From Chrysomallon squamiferum (taxonomy: Eukaryota > Animalia > Mollusca): 64,000 nt of DNA. Of this stretch, positions 1 to 11,770 are shown piece by piece. Numbering within the stretch: the stretch's first letter is position 1; every line of letters starts with the position of its first letter. The position numbers and the translations under genes were made by a program. Under the pieces are notes generated by a model. That model saw only the letters and a list, made by a program, of their open reading frames with translations. It had not been told where the DNA came from and made no database searches. The stretch lies in the NCBI GenBank assembly GCA_012295275.1, contig CM022670.1:17484001-17548000 (forward strand), given 5' to 3'.

Positions 1-2212
1 ATGTTGTTTTAAAATTTGCTTCATTCATTAAAAATAATAATATTAATAATAATAAATAAAAAAAATTTAAAAAGTAAAAGAAAAAGGCAGTCTTTTAAAT
101 ATAACATAAGTTTTTATCTTTGTAAATTAAGTATACAATTCACTTTAAAATGACATGAAAATATGCACATAAATAAAAAATAAATAATTTTCATAGAAAG
201 CAAAATGGAGATACAAATAGCAGCTAAGAAAAAGATCGTTTTTAATTAACTAAGTAAATAAATAAATAGGGAAGTATTTACCGAAGAATTAATTTTAATA
301 TTAACCTATTGGTTATATATCATGTCAAGTGGTGAAACAAATAAACTGTTTATGTAGGCTGATCTTATCTGCTATCAAGTAGAAACCTGCTACAGAACAA
401 CCTTAGTTATTCAATGAGATGCAGTTTGACAAAAAATAAATGTATGAAGGAGTACAAATCAACTGAGTGTTGTACCAGTGAAATAAAGCCACATTCTTTG
501 AAAGACACACACTCAAACCTATGCCCATGCAGACACCTAAAAGCACACAGACACACACTCATTTATACATACATACATGCACATGGACATGTACATATAC
601 ATTTAGACACAAATGTATACATACATGCACATGCACACATACACACACACTTGAGCAAAATGGAATCTGTATTATTTATAAAGTGATATCTAGATAAAAT
701 ATTGAGCATTATAACAAATATATCAATAAGTAAGTTAATTTTAACTTTAATTTGACAGTGAATAATTTATAAATAAATTCATTACTTCAGAAACCAAACA
801 AAGAAAAACAAGTCTAGAAATTGAGAAGAAGGTATGTGCAGTTTACTGACTGAAGCCAGATCAGTTACCACGACTGAATAGTGGTTGTTAAGTAAACAAC
901 TGTTCAGTATTTCACTGTTAATATATTGACATAAGTCTGAACTGTTTACTTAATGAGGCCTGTGCACCACTGTCTAAAAGCTTTTCATCATGTTTGTTAA
1001 CCAAACAGTCAGGAGTTTCCAAGAAATGCATGATTTTGTCCTGTTTGAGATTTTAAATTAAAAATTCTTGTCCTGCCTTGTTCCAAAGAAATAATTTGTT
1101 CAAACCTGGTTTACTTTCAATAGATTTGATAGGCTCTATTATTGTTATTATTATTAAATATATTCAGCTATGCAATGTACCTTTAAAACAGTTTGTAAAA
1201 TATTATATCTCAGCAGTCCAAGTGTTTTATAAAATGATCACAGTAACTACATTTTTCTTATCTGTGCTGTAATACTAAAATAATAAAGTAATAATTTAAA
1301 ATTTAACTGGAATGGTTTATTTAATATAATTATTTGTAGTTTTCTTTTTTATGTATTTTTTTTTTTTCTTCGTAAATTTCTGTTATTTAATATTTTAAAA
1401 TGTTATTTTATTATTTCAATATAATTTTTATTATTTATTGGTATTTACTCAAAGAACATTTTATATTTACATGAAAAGTAAATGATTAAATTATTTTTTA
1501 TTTTATCTGGTCAATACTTCAAATTTATTACATAGATTCAAGTCTGGAAGTAATTTTTCAAGTGTGCCTAGAAAATGACCTATTAAAAACAGTTTGTGCC
1601 TGTATAAATTGATATCTATCTCTCACTAACTTTAGATGAAATTAGTAAATACTGAAATAAGTAATTATAAGTTTTACAATATTACATATATTTTATAACT
1701 GATATGGTGAGCACATAACATATATTCAGGTAAGAAACCCTGGTAATCTTGCAGTGTAAGTCAGCTGAGTATTTTATGTTTCATTTTTTTATCTTGATGC
1801 TTGTGCAGATATAAAAGGATTATATAGATTCACTTGTCAACTTGTGAAGTTAAAATTTAAAAATATAAAATTTCAATTTTAAAAATCAAACTTACTTTTC
1901 TTATCATTATTATTTCTGATTAGTCATGAGTTTTACAAAAAAATTGTATTGTGATGTTGTGGGCAGACAAACAATGTGGGGAAAAACAACTTACGATAAT
2001 GGTGCATGGTGAAATAAGAAATATCCTGACAGTGCAGAAAGATAAAAATATTAATTAAAAAAAAGGTTTAAAAAAAGAAGAAAACAAACAGGCTATTGAC
2101 TGGTTTAGTAAGAAGCTGATGATACATGTCAAAAAAAAAAAAAAAAAACAATAAACAGTAAAAACTAAACTATGATCATAATAATACTAAAACAAATTTG
2201 GAATTCTTTATA

Positions 2213-2854
2213 TCAAATGCTTGGGGCTGAAACTGTTTCAGATGTTGTAATATAAGGAGATAGCATGACAACAGGATCCAAGTCTAAAAAAAGGAATTCC
2301 ATTTATATTTCTTATACAGCTGTCAGAAATAGTCTGCCGAATTTTTTTTATAAAACATTTAAAAATAATTCTGTGTATGAAAAAACATTTTCAAGATATC
2401 ACTATTTTTGCATAATATATTTTTTAATAATTTTGGATTTTGTACTTTTGTGTAATGATTTATGTGAAAGATACCTGAATTGTCTGGAAAGTAACTGTTA
2501 ATAGCAAAAGGAATAAATGAGAAGGCATCTGTAACTTCTCCACTTAAGGCGGCTTTGAGGTCTTCCGGTGACCATTGCTTGAGGCCACTGTCTTCAAACA
2601 GATAAACCAATCCAATACATCTAGACCAGAAACGGCGGCCATCTTTTTCAAATGAAATCTTTAAAAAATAAAAACAAAATAAATAAATTCAAAAAATCTG
2701 CAAATAAATAAATAAATAAAATAAAAAAAAAAAAAAAAATTCAAAGAAATTCAAAAAATAAAAATCACTAACGCTGACAGACTCAGCAGTCTCCGAGTTT
2801 GATTAATAATCATTTAAAAATTAACTTTTCAAAAAATGATCTCATATTATGATC

Positions 2855-2902
<48 letters not shown>

Positions 2903-3361
2903 CCTTTTTGTACTGAACATCTTGAAATACGAATGAAGGATTCAAATCTTGACCAAGTGCATTTGGTGCTTTTGGCAGAATCTCGAAGACGCTTATAATT
3001 CTTTCATGTGATCGACGAACTTCTCTGTTCTTATGCAGAAAAATAAAACCTTTCTCGAAATATGGAGCGAATGTCGAATGGATTTTACGTCTCACTTCTG
3101 CTAGTGTGCTTCTTGAGCTGAGATAAAAAGGTTTACTCAGAACGGACGGTTGTTCGGTACTAATGGCCTTGAACTTGATAAGTATGTCTGGAGTTTTCTC
3201 CCTTGGAAGTGTTGGCGATGAAGAGAAAACATACTGGCCTTTGTCATTGGTAGCATCGTCCTTGGTAGCTCTACGATAATAATGACAACAACGATAGTAA
3301 AAATAATAACTGAACTCAGTATTTTTGTAAAATTAAGCTTATTAATTCAATCTAATTAGAA

Positions 3362-3398
<37 letters not shown>

Positions 3399-4343
3399 AA
3401 ATAAAGAAATAAAAAAGAACAAAAAAAAATTATAATATAATAAAATAATAATAATAATAATAATAATAAAAATAATAATAATAATAATTTCTTTCTTAAA
3501 AAAAGAGTTTATAGTAACTATACAAAATAATGCCAGATTAACCTTGTAGCGAAAATACCATATACTGTATCCTACAATTTTGTGAGATTCTCATGATTCA
3601 AAACTTTACAGAGCACTGAACATATATGGGGTTTTTTTTTTTGTTGGTTTTTCTTCTTTTCTTTCGTGAAACAGACATTTTCAGCTTAATTTAGACACGA
3701 GGCATAACTTACTAAATAATTTGTCTTGGAATATATATTGAAAATTTACATTTACTTCCATAGATTAACCTCTAAAGCCAAACATATTAATGTTTATATA
3801 TGCGTAACAGTTAGAATTACATGTATCTCTCTTTATTATCTGTAATTTGTAATTCGCAATATTTGATAGGATGGTGATTTGATATTTAAAAACAAAACAA
3901 CAAATCAAAACAAAGAAAATAAATAGATAAACCGAAGTAATATTAAATAACTTATAAATAACATACATAAAGAAATAACGAACATGAAATAATCTCAAAG
4001 ATTAAAGACATTTCGTGGTGTATATATTCGTATATAATACTAATCTTGTTCAGTTTTTTCACTGAAGCTTAACCTATAAAACGCCTCTCTCAGACATACA
4101 CCTGTACGCCATGTGAAGTTTTAAATAATACAATTATACCTTCTACATATACATAAATAAGAATAATCTCATATCGGACTGAAATCTAAATCTTAAATAG
4201 AAAGACACTTCTAAAAACTGACAATACACAACATACATGCACAGAAACCCGCACACACGTTACTGGTATATTACTATAGTTCCTGTACAATGACACAGTT
4301 TAGTTACAAGTTACAGAACAAAGGCTAAGTCACAAACACACAA

Positions 4344-4382
<39 letters not shown>

Positions 4383-4597
4383 AAATGTTCATATTTTATC
4401 TGATCAAATTATAATGAGCATTCAGAATTTAAGATATAAAACAGTGAGGAAGATTTTAAAAGCAAATTAATTTATTTTAATTAAGAAAAGTTAATGAAAT
4501 ATTATAGCGTCAATAGTTTTGTTTTATTCCCTTTAATGCTGAGTAGATATAAAAAAAAAAAAAAACAATGCTAACAAAAATCTGTCACGTACCCCAT
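2213..4597 (-). CDS. Uncharacterised 208-aa protein (4 coding exons), possible ubiquitin-like/beta-grasp segment
   Basis: Exons 4597-4593 (ATG GG), 3270-2904, 2658-2475 and 2283-2213 have GT..AG introns with compatible phases (2,0,1). They total 627 nt with no internal stop: MGATKDDATNDKGQYVFSSSPTLPREKTPDILIKFKAISTEQPSVLSKPFYLSSRSTLAEVRRKIHSTFAPYFEKGFIFLHKNREVRRSHERIISVFEILPK...ISFEKDGRRFWSRCIGLVYLFEDSGLKQWSPEDLKAALSGEV...DLDPVVMLSPYITTSETVSAPSI*. The model joins ORF-track fragments 2898..3095 and 2359..2610. Confidence 0.75.
2857..2900. repeat. (ATT)n microsatellite in an intron of the 208-aa gene
   Basis: Direct trinucleotide run immediately next to the donor site at 2903. Confidence 0.9.
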
Positions 4598-5071
4598 AGC
4601 GCTGGTCAGTATCGATCCATGTTTTTGTTAATTATTTTGCAATTACTGACTGTAATCATCATCTGATAATGAACTAAACTGGCAGCCATTTTCAGTCTAA
4701 TAGATAAATCCTGAAGAAAATGTGGTTATAGATCCGTCACACTATAGACGACACATTGAACTAATAACTGACAGTGTGGAGTTTGTATTCATAAACAGAT
4801 CCATGCATATTCATGCATGCGTATTCATATATACATATTCATATTTGTTTACTTAGACGTTGCTAATTGATCGCTGAAGCAGATCTGTTGTCAGTAAACG
4901 GTTTGATTACGAACAGACGTATCTGTTGTTTTGCAAAGTCATGAAATAGATACGTTGTGTCGTAGAGTCAAATGTTTACACAATGGTTGTTGTGTTGTCG
5001 CTATGGCGTTTCCGAATAACGTGGTATGTACAACGGATACGAGTTGAAGGCATTATATAACACTTACTGAA

Positions 5072-5211
5072 CAATGTATGAACTTAAGACACGGGTGGTT
5101 AATCCTGTTAGAAATAATAACATATAGTAAAATCTCCATGGCACAGGTAAAGCCAAAACACAATACTGATGGTGTTATATTTTGTATACGTGTAAGCAAT
5201 TAGATTCGTCT

Positions 5212-5242
<31 letters not shown>

Positions 5243-6937
5243 CACATTGGAAAAGTTACGTGTGATCCTATGGATATGAAAACCGATACTGTTACTCTAA
5301 TCCTGTCAATGTTCTTAACTACTAGGGTAACCTGACTAAACTGTGAATGTGATAATAATTCAATAAACAAAACAGTGTCAACGAAAATATAAACGTACAA
5401 TATAAACTACCCGAACATACAAATATAATAAATATTCAATATCCGAGATCATCAGAGTTCATATCTCGCTATGCATATTGAATTTACAAACATTTATCGC
5501 TAAATTAATCGTGTGTCGTTGTTGTTTGTCATTCGGTTGGAAAACTACAGGGTATGATTGCTAACTGATACAGTGTATCACAAGAACAAAGATTCGTGAC
5601 AATACCCTATTATATTAAATTAAAATATAATGACGATAAGATTTTTCTTTGCTACCGTGTTAGGCGGAATATTTTTTCATTTACAATAAAAATGTCTGAA
5701 TAGTAGTGACAAAATGTTCTTAAGTTTGGATTATCACCAATGATTTCAAATAAATATGTTGCCTGTCATTTTTTTCTACAAACATACCCACACACACACA
5801 CACCCCCACATACACACGTAAAAAGTAGTCGCTTAAAATGTAGTTTAGGTTAGCATGCGTACAATTAATTCAACGATTCGATACTGTACAAAACAATTGA
5901 ATCTTCTATTTTTCTGTTTTACACAAGTTATGACATATCTCAGTCTTCGATGTTTCATGTTATTAATTGACGATTACCCCAGGATAAAGGCATGTAATAA
6001 CCCGCGTGATCAATCACTGCTAGACTAATGCGATCAGAAGTACGATGGGTAGCCGCCATCTCATTGTGTATCGCAAACATAGTTTCATACATTACTTTTA
6101 ATGCTCACTAGGTTGACTATACAATATTTATTTCTCCAACCAAACAAAAGCAAGCAAAAGATAGATCTCTTAACTTCATTAACATTTACAAAATAAATGT
6201 ATTTGCTTCCAAAATGCGGAAGAAAAGTTTAATGCAAATATTCGTTAAATTCTCTTAACTATATTGGAGAAACCAACTCGTTGCAAAAATATGTCGCTGA
6301 AAAGAGCAACAGATAATCTCTTAAAACACAGCAGAACTTAAGCGTAAAGCACCTAGGTGTACAACCAACCGCTCTGCTTGAAAGAGACGTCATCATGCGT
6401 TAAGTTTTAGCCGCCCGAGCTGTTTCAACTGAGTCAGAAAGCGAGAGATACTGTCGATTATCCTCAGCCACAACCTCCTGAATTCTACTTGAAGGTTGTT
6501 GTTGACGAGTGAAATGATCTTTTAATAAGATTTAAACCCATAAATTACGAATCAAATGATTAAATCTCTGAAGGTTTTCAGCAGTTTGTTTATTTCTTAT
6601 GCCCGAAAAGGCGAACAATCCAAGGTCATGTAACTTCAGTTTCTTGACTTTTGTTTTTTCTCTAAAAACAGCCTCATTTATGATTGCATTTATCTTCAGT
6701 AGCATTTATCTTTTTGATTTTTTTTTTCTATAGCTGTGGCAATGTCTTGGAAATAAATATTGGAACTGATGATGGAATAAGTATGGTTAATTAGTAATTG
6801 TGGGGAAAATAAAGATACAACTTTCTTAATAAATAATAACACAGGAGATCACTCAGTATAAATGTCCTTACTCAGTCTTCTCTTTGGTTTGATATTAATT
6901 TATAAAGTCCAATTACACATTCAAACAGGCTCTCAAA
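5072..6937 (+). repeat. Left arm of large inverted repeat
   Basis: 5072-6029 is the reverse complement of 10662-11580, and 6031-6937 is the reverse complement of 8982-9879. Example: caatgtatgaacttaagacacgggtggtt at 5072 vs aaccacccgtgtcttaagttcatacattg ending at 11580. Confidence 0.95.
6237..6450. promoter_or_regulatory. CpG-rich promoter-like core inside the inverted repeat (second copy at ~9473-9686)
   Basis: CpG-rich; contains a CRE-like GATGACGTC and a GC-box-like GCCGCCC; about 214 bp with a single mismatch between the arms. The promoter role is inferred. Confidence 0.35.
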
Positions 6938-6959
6938 TTCTAGAAAGTAGTATATTATA

Positions 6960-7730
6960 TAAAGTATCTCTTCAACAAAACCAAACCATAAAACTGTTCC
7001 AAAATCCCTTCTTTCCAAAATAATGACGTCAATCCATGATGAAAGCAGAGATAACAAATTAATTATTTTAATGAAGATGTTTTGAGCCCTATTTGGCCTC
7101 AGATAAAAAAAAAAAATATTCTTTAAAATGTAAATGCTGCATGTTAGATAAACAGGTACCCTATCATTGCCAAAGAGGCCACTGGAAATCCTAATCATGG
7201 ATTCTAGCATTTTAGAACGTGGTTCCAACAGATCAGGAATTGTTCGTTTTAACAAATAACACTCACACTTTCAAACAGATAATTCTCTGCAGTGAATAGT
7301 GTGGTAAATTTGGCATATCCCCAAAACACTTAGTGATCAAGGCCTGAATTTTGCAGTATTTTTGGAGTAAGGAAAAATAACGCTACACCCTGCCAACCAG
7401 AAAGCAATTCTCAGGACACAATTTAACATGTTATGAACATTGACAGAAGACAAACAGATATAATATAGCATACAACTCCACATCTAACCCAATGAGAGGC
7501 TATACATATTTATGTTTTATCGCTGGAATTTCACAGTTCCCGCAGATGTATTTCTAGGAACACTAACAATATTGATTACAGCATGTCTAACTGAAAGAAT
7601 CATATGATATGGCAAGTCAACCAGAAACAGCAGCACTAAAACGGATGACACATATCAGCCAAATTGCCAGTATAGAGTTTGATTCAAGATAATCACGAAG
7701 TAGGAAAATAATTCTAGTCAACAGATAATG
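6960..7730 (+). mobile_element. Decayed Ty3/Gypsy LTR-retrotransposon integrase fragment
   Basis: Frameshifted translation gives integrase motifs in the expected order: TVPKSLLSKIMTSIHDE (zinc-finger region), YWPQI..KCKCC, RPLEILIMD, KFGI..LSDQGLNF, AYNSTSNPMRGYT, TVPADVFLG. Confidence 0.6.
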
Positions 7731-8459
7731 TTTTTTCCCTAGTAACTCATTTACTATTTCGCTTTAGGAGAGTCAGACACATTTCTAACATTTTTAAAGT
7801 GTTTAAAATTTATTTTATAAATTATTTAAATAAATAAATGAATAAATAACAACAAAACAAATCAAGAATTGCTATAGCATGTCAATGACACCATTTCTCA
7901 TTGGTCAAAAGGTCATACAACAGCAGGTAACTTTATCCCAACAAACTTGAAATAGGGTTGAATGCACACCATATGATTCAAATATTGTGTTTATATATCT
8001 TAATAGTTCATAGTGGTGTTTTCATGAGGACTTTTGACACAATTTGTTCTGAAAATCAAAAGTGCCAGTACATATTTGAAACTAGATTCATGTTCTAAAT
8101 TGGCCCACTTTGCAAATTATTAACTGAATGTGTGCTTCAGTCTTCAGCAAATGAAAATGAATTCAGACGAGTGTTAATGACTGACAGGTTGAGTCTTGTA
8201 AGAGATGGTTTTATTTGTTTTTGCTCAAATACACCTTGTTGTGTGATGTCACAATTTGCCAGTAAATATATCTCACAATGTTGAATTTTTTTTTTTCATA
8301 TCCCGACATGTCATAGGATGTGTTTCTTAGTGTGTGCAAGTCCGAGGCAAATAAAAATACGACCCAAAGAATACACAAAATAGGAAAGAATAGTTACAGG
8401 TTTTGGTTTGATAGAAACTATTTAGTTTAAAAAAAAAGTGGTCATTGTTCACCGTATGA

Positions 8460-8860
8460 TACATGTTTTTCTTGATAGTCTGCATTACTCAGCAACTTTT
8501 CATGGAAATTCAAGATTGGTATCACGACTACATTTCTGTTTATACAGAATGGATCATGGGCTGGTCCTATGGTTTTCCCATCCTCATCTATCGTGACTCC
8601 AAACTTTACAACATATAAAGCTGGACCATTACTTAATTGGGATGGCTATATAAAAAGTGCATTTTCTTAAGTATTGCCAGTATTTTCTGTTGGGTACACA
8701 GCCATGCTAGCATAATGGTTAATGAAAAGGCAGACTCTGCTGTCAAGTCTGCTTTGGATTTCCCTTATGCTAAGGTTGGTGTTCCTTATACTGAATTTAA
8801 ACATCATATCAGCAAGTATATTGTTTCCACTTGGCAAAATGACTGGCAAAAGAACTACTG
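8460..8860 (+). mobile_element. Decayed non-LTR retrotransposon RNase H fragment (I/Nimb/LOA-type LINE)
   Basis: QLFMEIQDWYHDYISVYT(D)GS and FCWVHSHASIMVNEKADSAVKSALDFPYAKVGVPYTEFK match LINE RNase H motifs (YTDGS; WVPSHxGIxGNExAD). Confidence 0.75.
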
Positions 8861-8981
8861 AATGGATAATGAATTATACCTTAATAGTACATACAAAACA
8901 GTGTAGGGTGATGAGAATCTAAACGGAGCAGAAGCTGATTTTCACTTGATAAGGTTTAAGAAGTTACTTTGAAAAAATGCT

Positions 8982-11409
8982 TTTGAGAGCCTGTTTGAAT
9001 GTGTAAGTGGACTTTATAAATTAATATCCAACCAAAGAGAAGACTGAGTTAGGAAATTTATACTGAGTGACCTCCTGTGTTATTATTTATTAAGAATTTT
9101 GTTTCTATATTTCCCCCACTAATACTAATTAACCATACTTATTCCATTATCAGTTCCAATATTTATTTCCAAGACATTGCCACAGCTACAGAAAAAAAAA
9201 GAGAAAAAAATCAAAAAGATAAATGCTACTAAATAAGCAATCATAAATGAGACTGTTTTCAGAGAAAAACAACAGTCAAGAAACAGAAGTCACATGACCT
9301 TAGATTGTTGGCTTTTTCGGACATAAGAAATAAACAAACTGCTGAAAACCTTCAGAGATTTAATCATTTGATTCGTAATTTATACGTTTAAATCTTATTA
9401 AAAGATCATTTTACTCGTCAACAACAACCTTCATGTAGAATTCAGGAGGTTGTGGTTGAGGATAATCGACATTATCTCTCGCTTTCTGACTCAGTTGAAA
9501 CAGCTCGGGCGGCTAAAACTTAACGCATGATGACGTCTCTTTCAAGCAGAGCGGTTGGTTGTACACCTAGGTGCTTTACGCTTAAGTTCTGCTGTGTTTT
9601 AAGAGATTATCTGTTGCTCTTTTCAGCGACATAATTTTGCAACGAGTTGGTTTCTCCAATATAGTTAAGAGAATTTAACGAATATTTTCATTAAACGGCA
9701 TCTTCGAAGCAAATACATTATTTTCTAAATGTTAATGAAGCTAAGAGATCTATCTTTTGTTTGCTTTTGTTTGTAGGAATAAATATTGTATAGTCAACCT
9801 AGTGAGCATTAAAAGTAATGTATGAAACTATGTTTGCGATACGCAGTGAGATAGCGGCTACCCTTCGTACTTCTGATCGAATTAAATGCTATTTTTCGCT
9901 ATTTACGAGGGGTAACGTGTACAATAAACAGACTTCAATTTTTTATATGCAAGCAGGTTTTTTTTTGAGATACGACTCGAAACAGAAAATAAATCATGAA
10001 TTCAAAAACACGGAAAAATATGTCAAAACAGTGTGGTGAACCATAAATACAGACAAATTGAATCCTGTAATAAATCCATATGCAATACCAGCAATAGTTG
10101 TTATTCGATAATCAAGGAAAAATTCATTAAATAACATTTTATTTTTTTTACGATGAAAGGATTATGAAATAACAGTTGTATTACTATTTCGGTCATGCTT
10201 TCAGGGAAAACGTTTTCGCGACTATAAACTATATCCCCTGCGGATAAAAATTCTGAATAAAAAGGACTAATTCTTTGTAAAGCAGATTTATCATATAACA
10301 TTGAAAATAATGAAAACGATAAATTTATATTTATGTATTTTTTAAAGAAATTCTGGCAATGTAAACTTTTACACTGATTTAAATTCATTATCAAAATAGT
10401 TTTAAAATAATTTAATTCGGAATGCAATCTTTTTTAAATCGAACATCGTGAATGTTTAAACCTCTTGATTTTTTCTTTCTAATCATAGTAGAATATTTAA
10501 TTAAAGTCGGTTTGTTTTCCCATTATAGTGTATTATATTATATTATATTATGTTATGTTATATTAGTGAGATTGTTATTATATAATCACATAGTTGAGGA
10601 ACTAATTTATATAGCTGTGTTTTTTAAATAAAATTATGATGGGTTTCTGGTTGAAGTCTGGATTAGTCTAGCAATGATAGATCACGCGAATTATCACATG
10701 CCTTTATGCGGGGGCAATCGTCAAGTAATAACACGAAACATCGAAAACTGAGATATGTTTTGACTTGTGTGAAACCGGAAAGTAGAAGATTTAATTGTTT
10801 TGTATAGTATCGAATCGTTGAATTAATTTTATGCGTGCTAACCTAAACTAATTTTAAGCGACTATTTTTTACTCGTGTATGTGTGTGTGGGGGGAAATGT
10901 TTGTGGAAAATAATAATGAAAGACAACATATTTATTTGAAATCCTCGGGGATAAGCCAAACTTACATACATTTTGTCACTGCGATACAGACATTTTTATT
11001 GTAAGTGAAAAAATATTCCGCCTAACACCTAATCAAAGAAAAATGTGCACATATTATCGTCATTATATTTTAATTTTTACTAATAGGGTATTCTCACTGT
11101 ATCAGTTAGCAATCATACTTTGTAGTTTTCCAACCGAGTGACAAACAACAACGACACTCGATTAATTAAGGCGATAAATGTTTGTAAATTCAATCTGCAT
11201 AGCGAGATATGAACTCTGATGATCTCGGATATTGAATATTTATTATATTTGTACGTTTATATTTTCGTTGACACTGTTTTGTTTATTGAATTATTATCAC
11301 ATTCACAGTTTAGTCAGGTTACCCTAGTAGTTAAGAATATTGACAGGATTAGAGTAATAGTATCGGTTTTCATGGCCATAGGATAACACGTAACCTTTCC
11401 CATGTGTAT

Positions 11410-11440
<31 letters not shown>

Positions 11441-11580
11441 AGACGAATGTAATTGTTTATAGATATACAAAATATAACACCATCAGTATTGTGTTTTGGC
11501 TTCACCTGTGCCATGGAGATTTTACTATATGTCATTATTTCTAACAGGATTAACCACCCGTGTCTTAAGTTCATACATTG
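8982..11580 (-). repeat. Right arm of large inverted repeat (with ~780 bp extra segment 9880-10661)
   Basis: Reverse complement of 5072-6937, interrupted by a segment that is absent from the left arm. Confidence 0.95.
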
Positions 11581-11770
11581 GAAAAAAATGGCATCCGAAA
11601 GAAATGGCACTGTGCAGATTTGGAAGAAATGGCACCCTATTTATTTTTTCTGTATACAGTATAGCTGTACTGATAAAAACAATTTAAAAGTACTTTTGAA
11701 AATACTGTTTATTCATGCAATATTGTTACATACACGTATATTAATATATAGCATCTTGGTTTTGCTTAAC
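11581..11770 (+). repeat. Putative MULE terminal/subterminal repeat, copy 1 (GAAATGGCAC-like motif array)
   Basis: gaaaaaaatggcatccgaaagaaatggcac...ggaagaaatggcac followed by ~140 bp shared with 14637-14799. Confidence 0.55.

Noticed and set aside
6872-7255. 127-aa minus-strand ORF
   Set aside because: Antisense to the Gypsy integrase remnant and straddles the IR boundary; no recognisable motifs.
5072-11580. Inverted repeat as the TIRs of one intact giant or foldback transposon
   Set aside because: No TSD at the outer ends, no transposase or polymerase inside, and the right end is cut by a different repeat. It cannot be supported as a single element.
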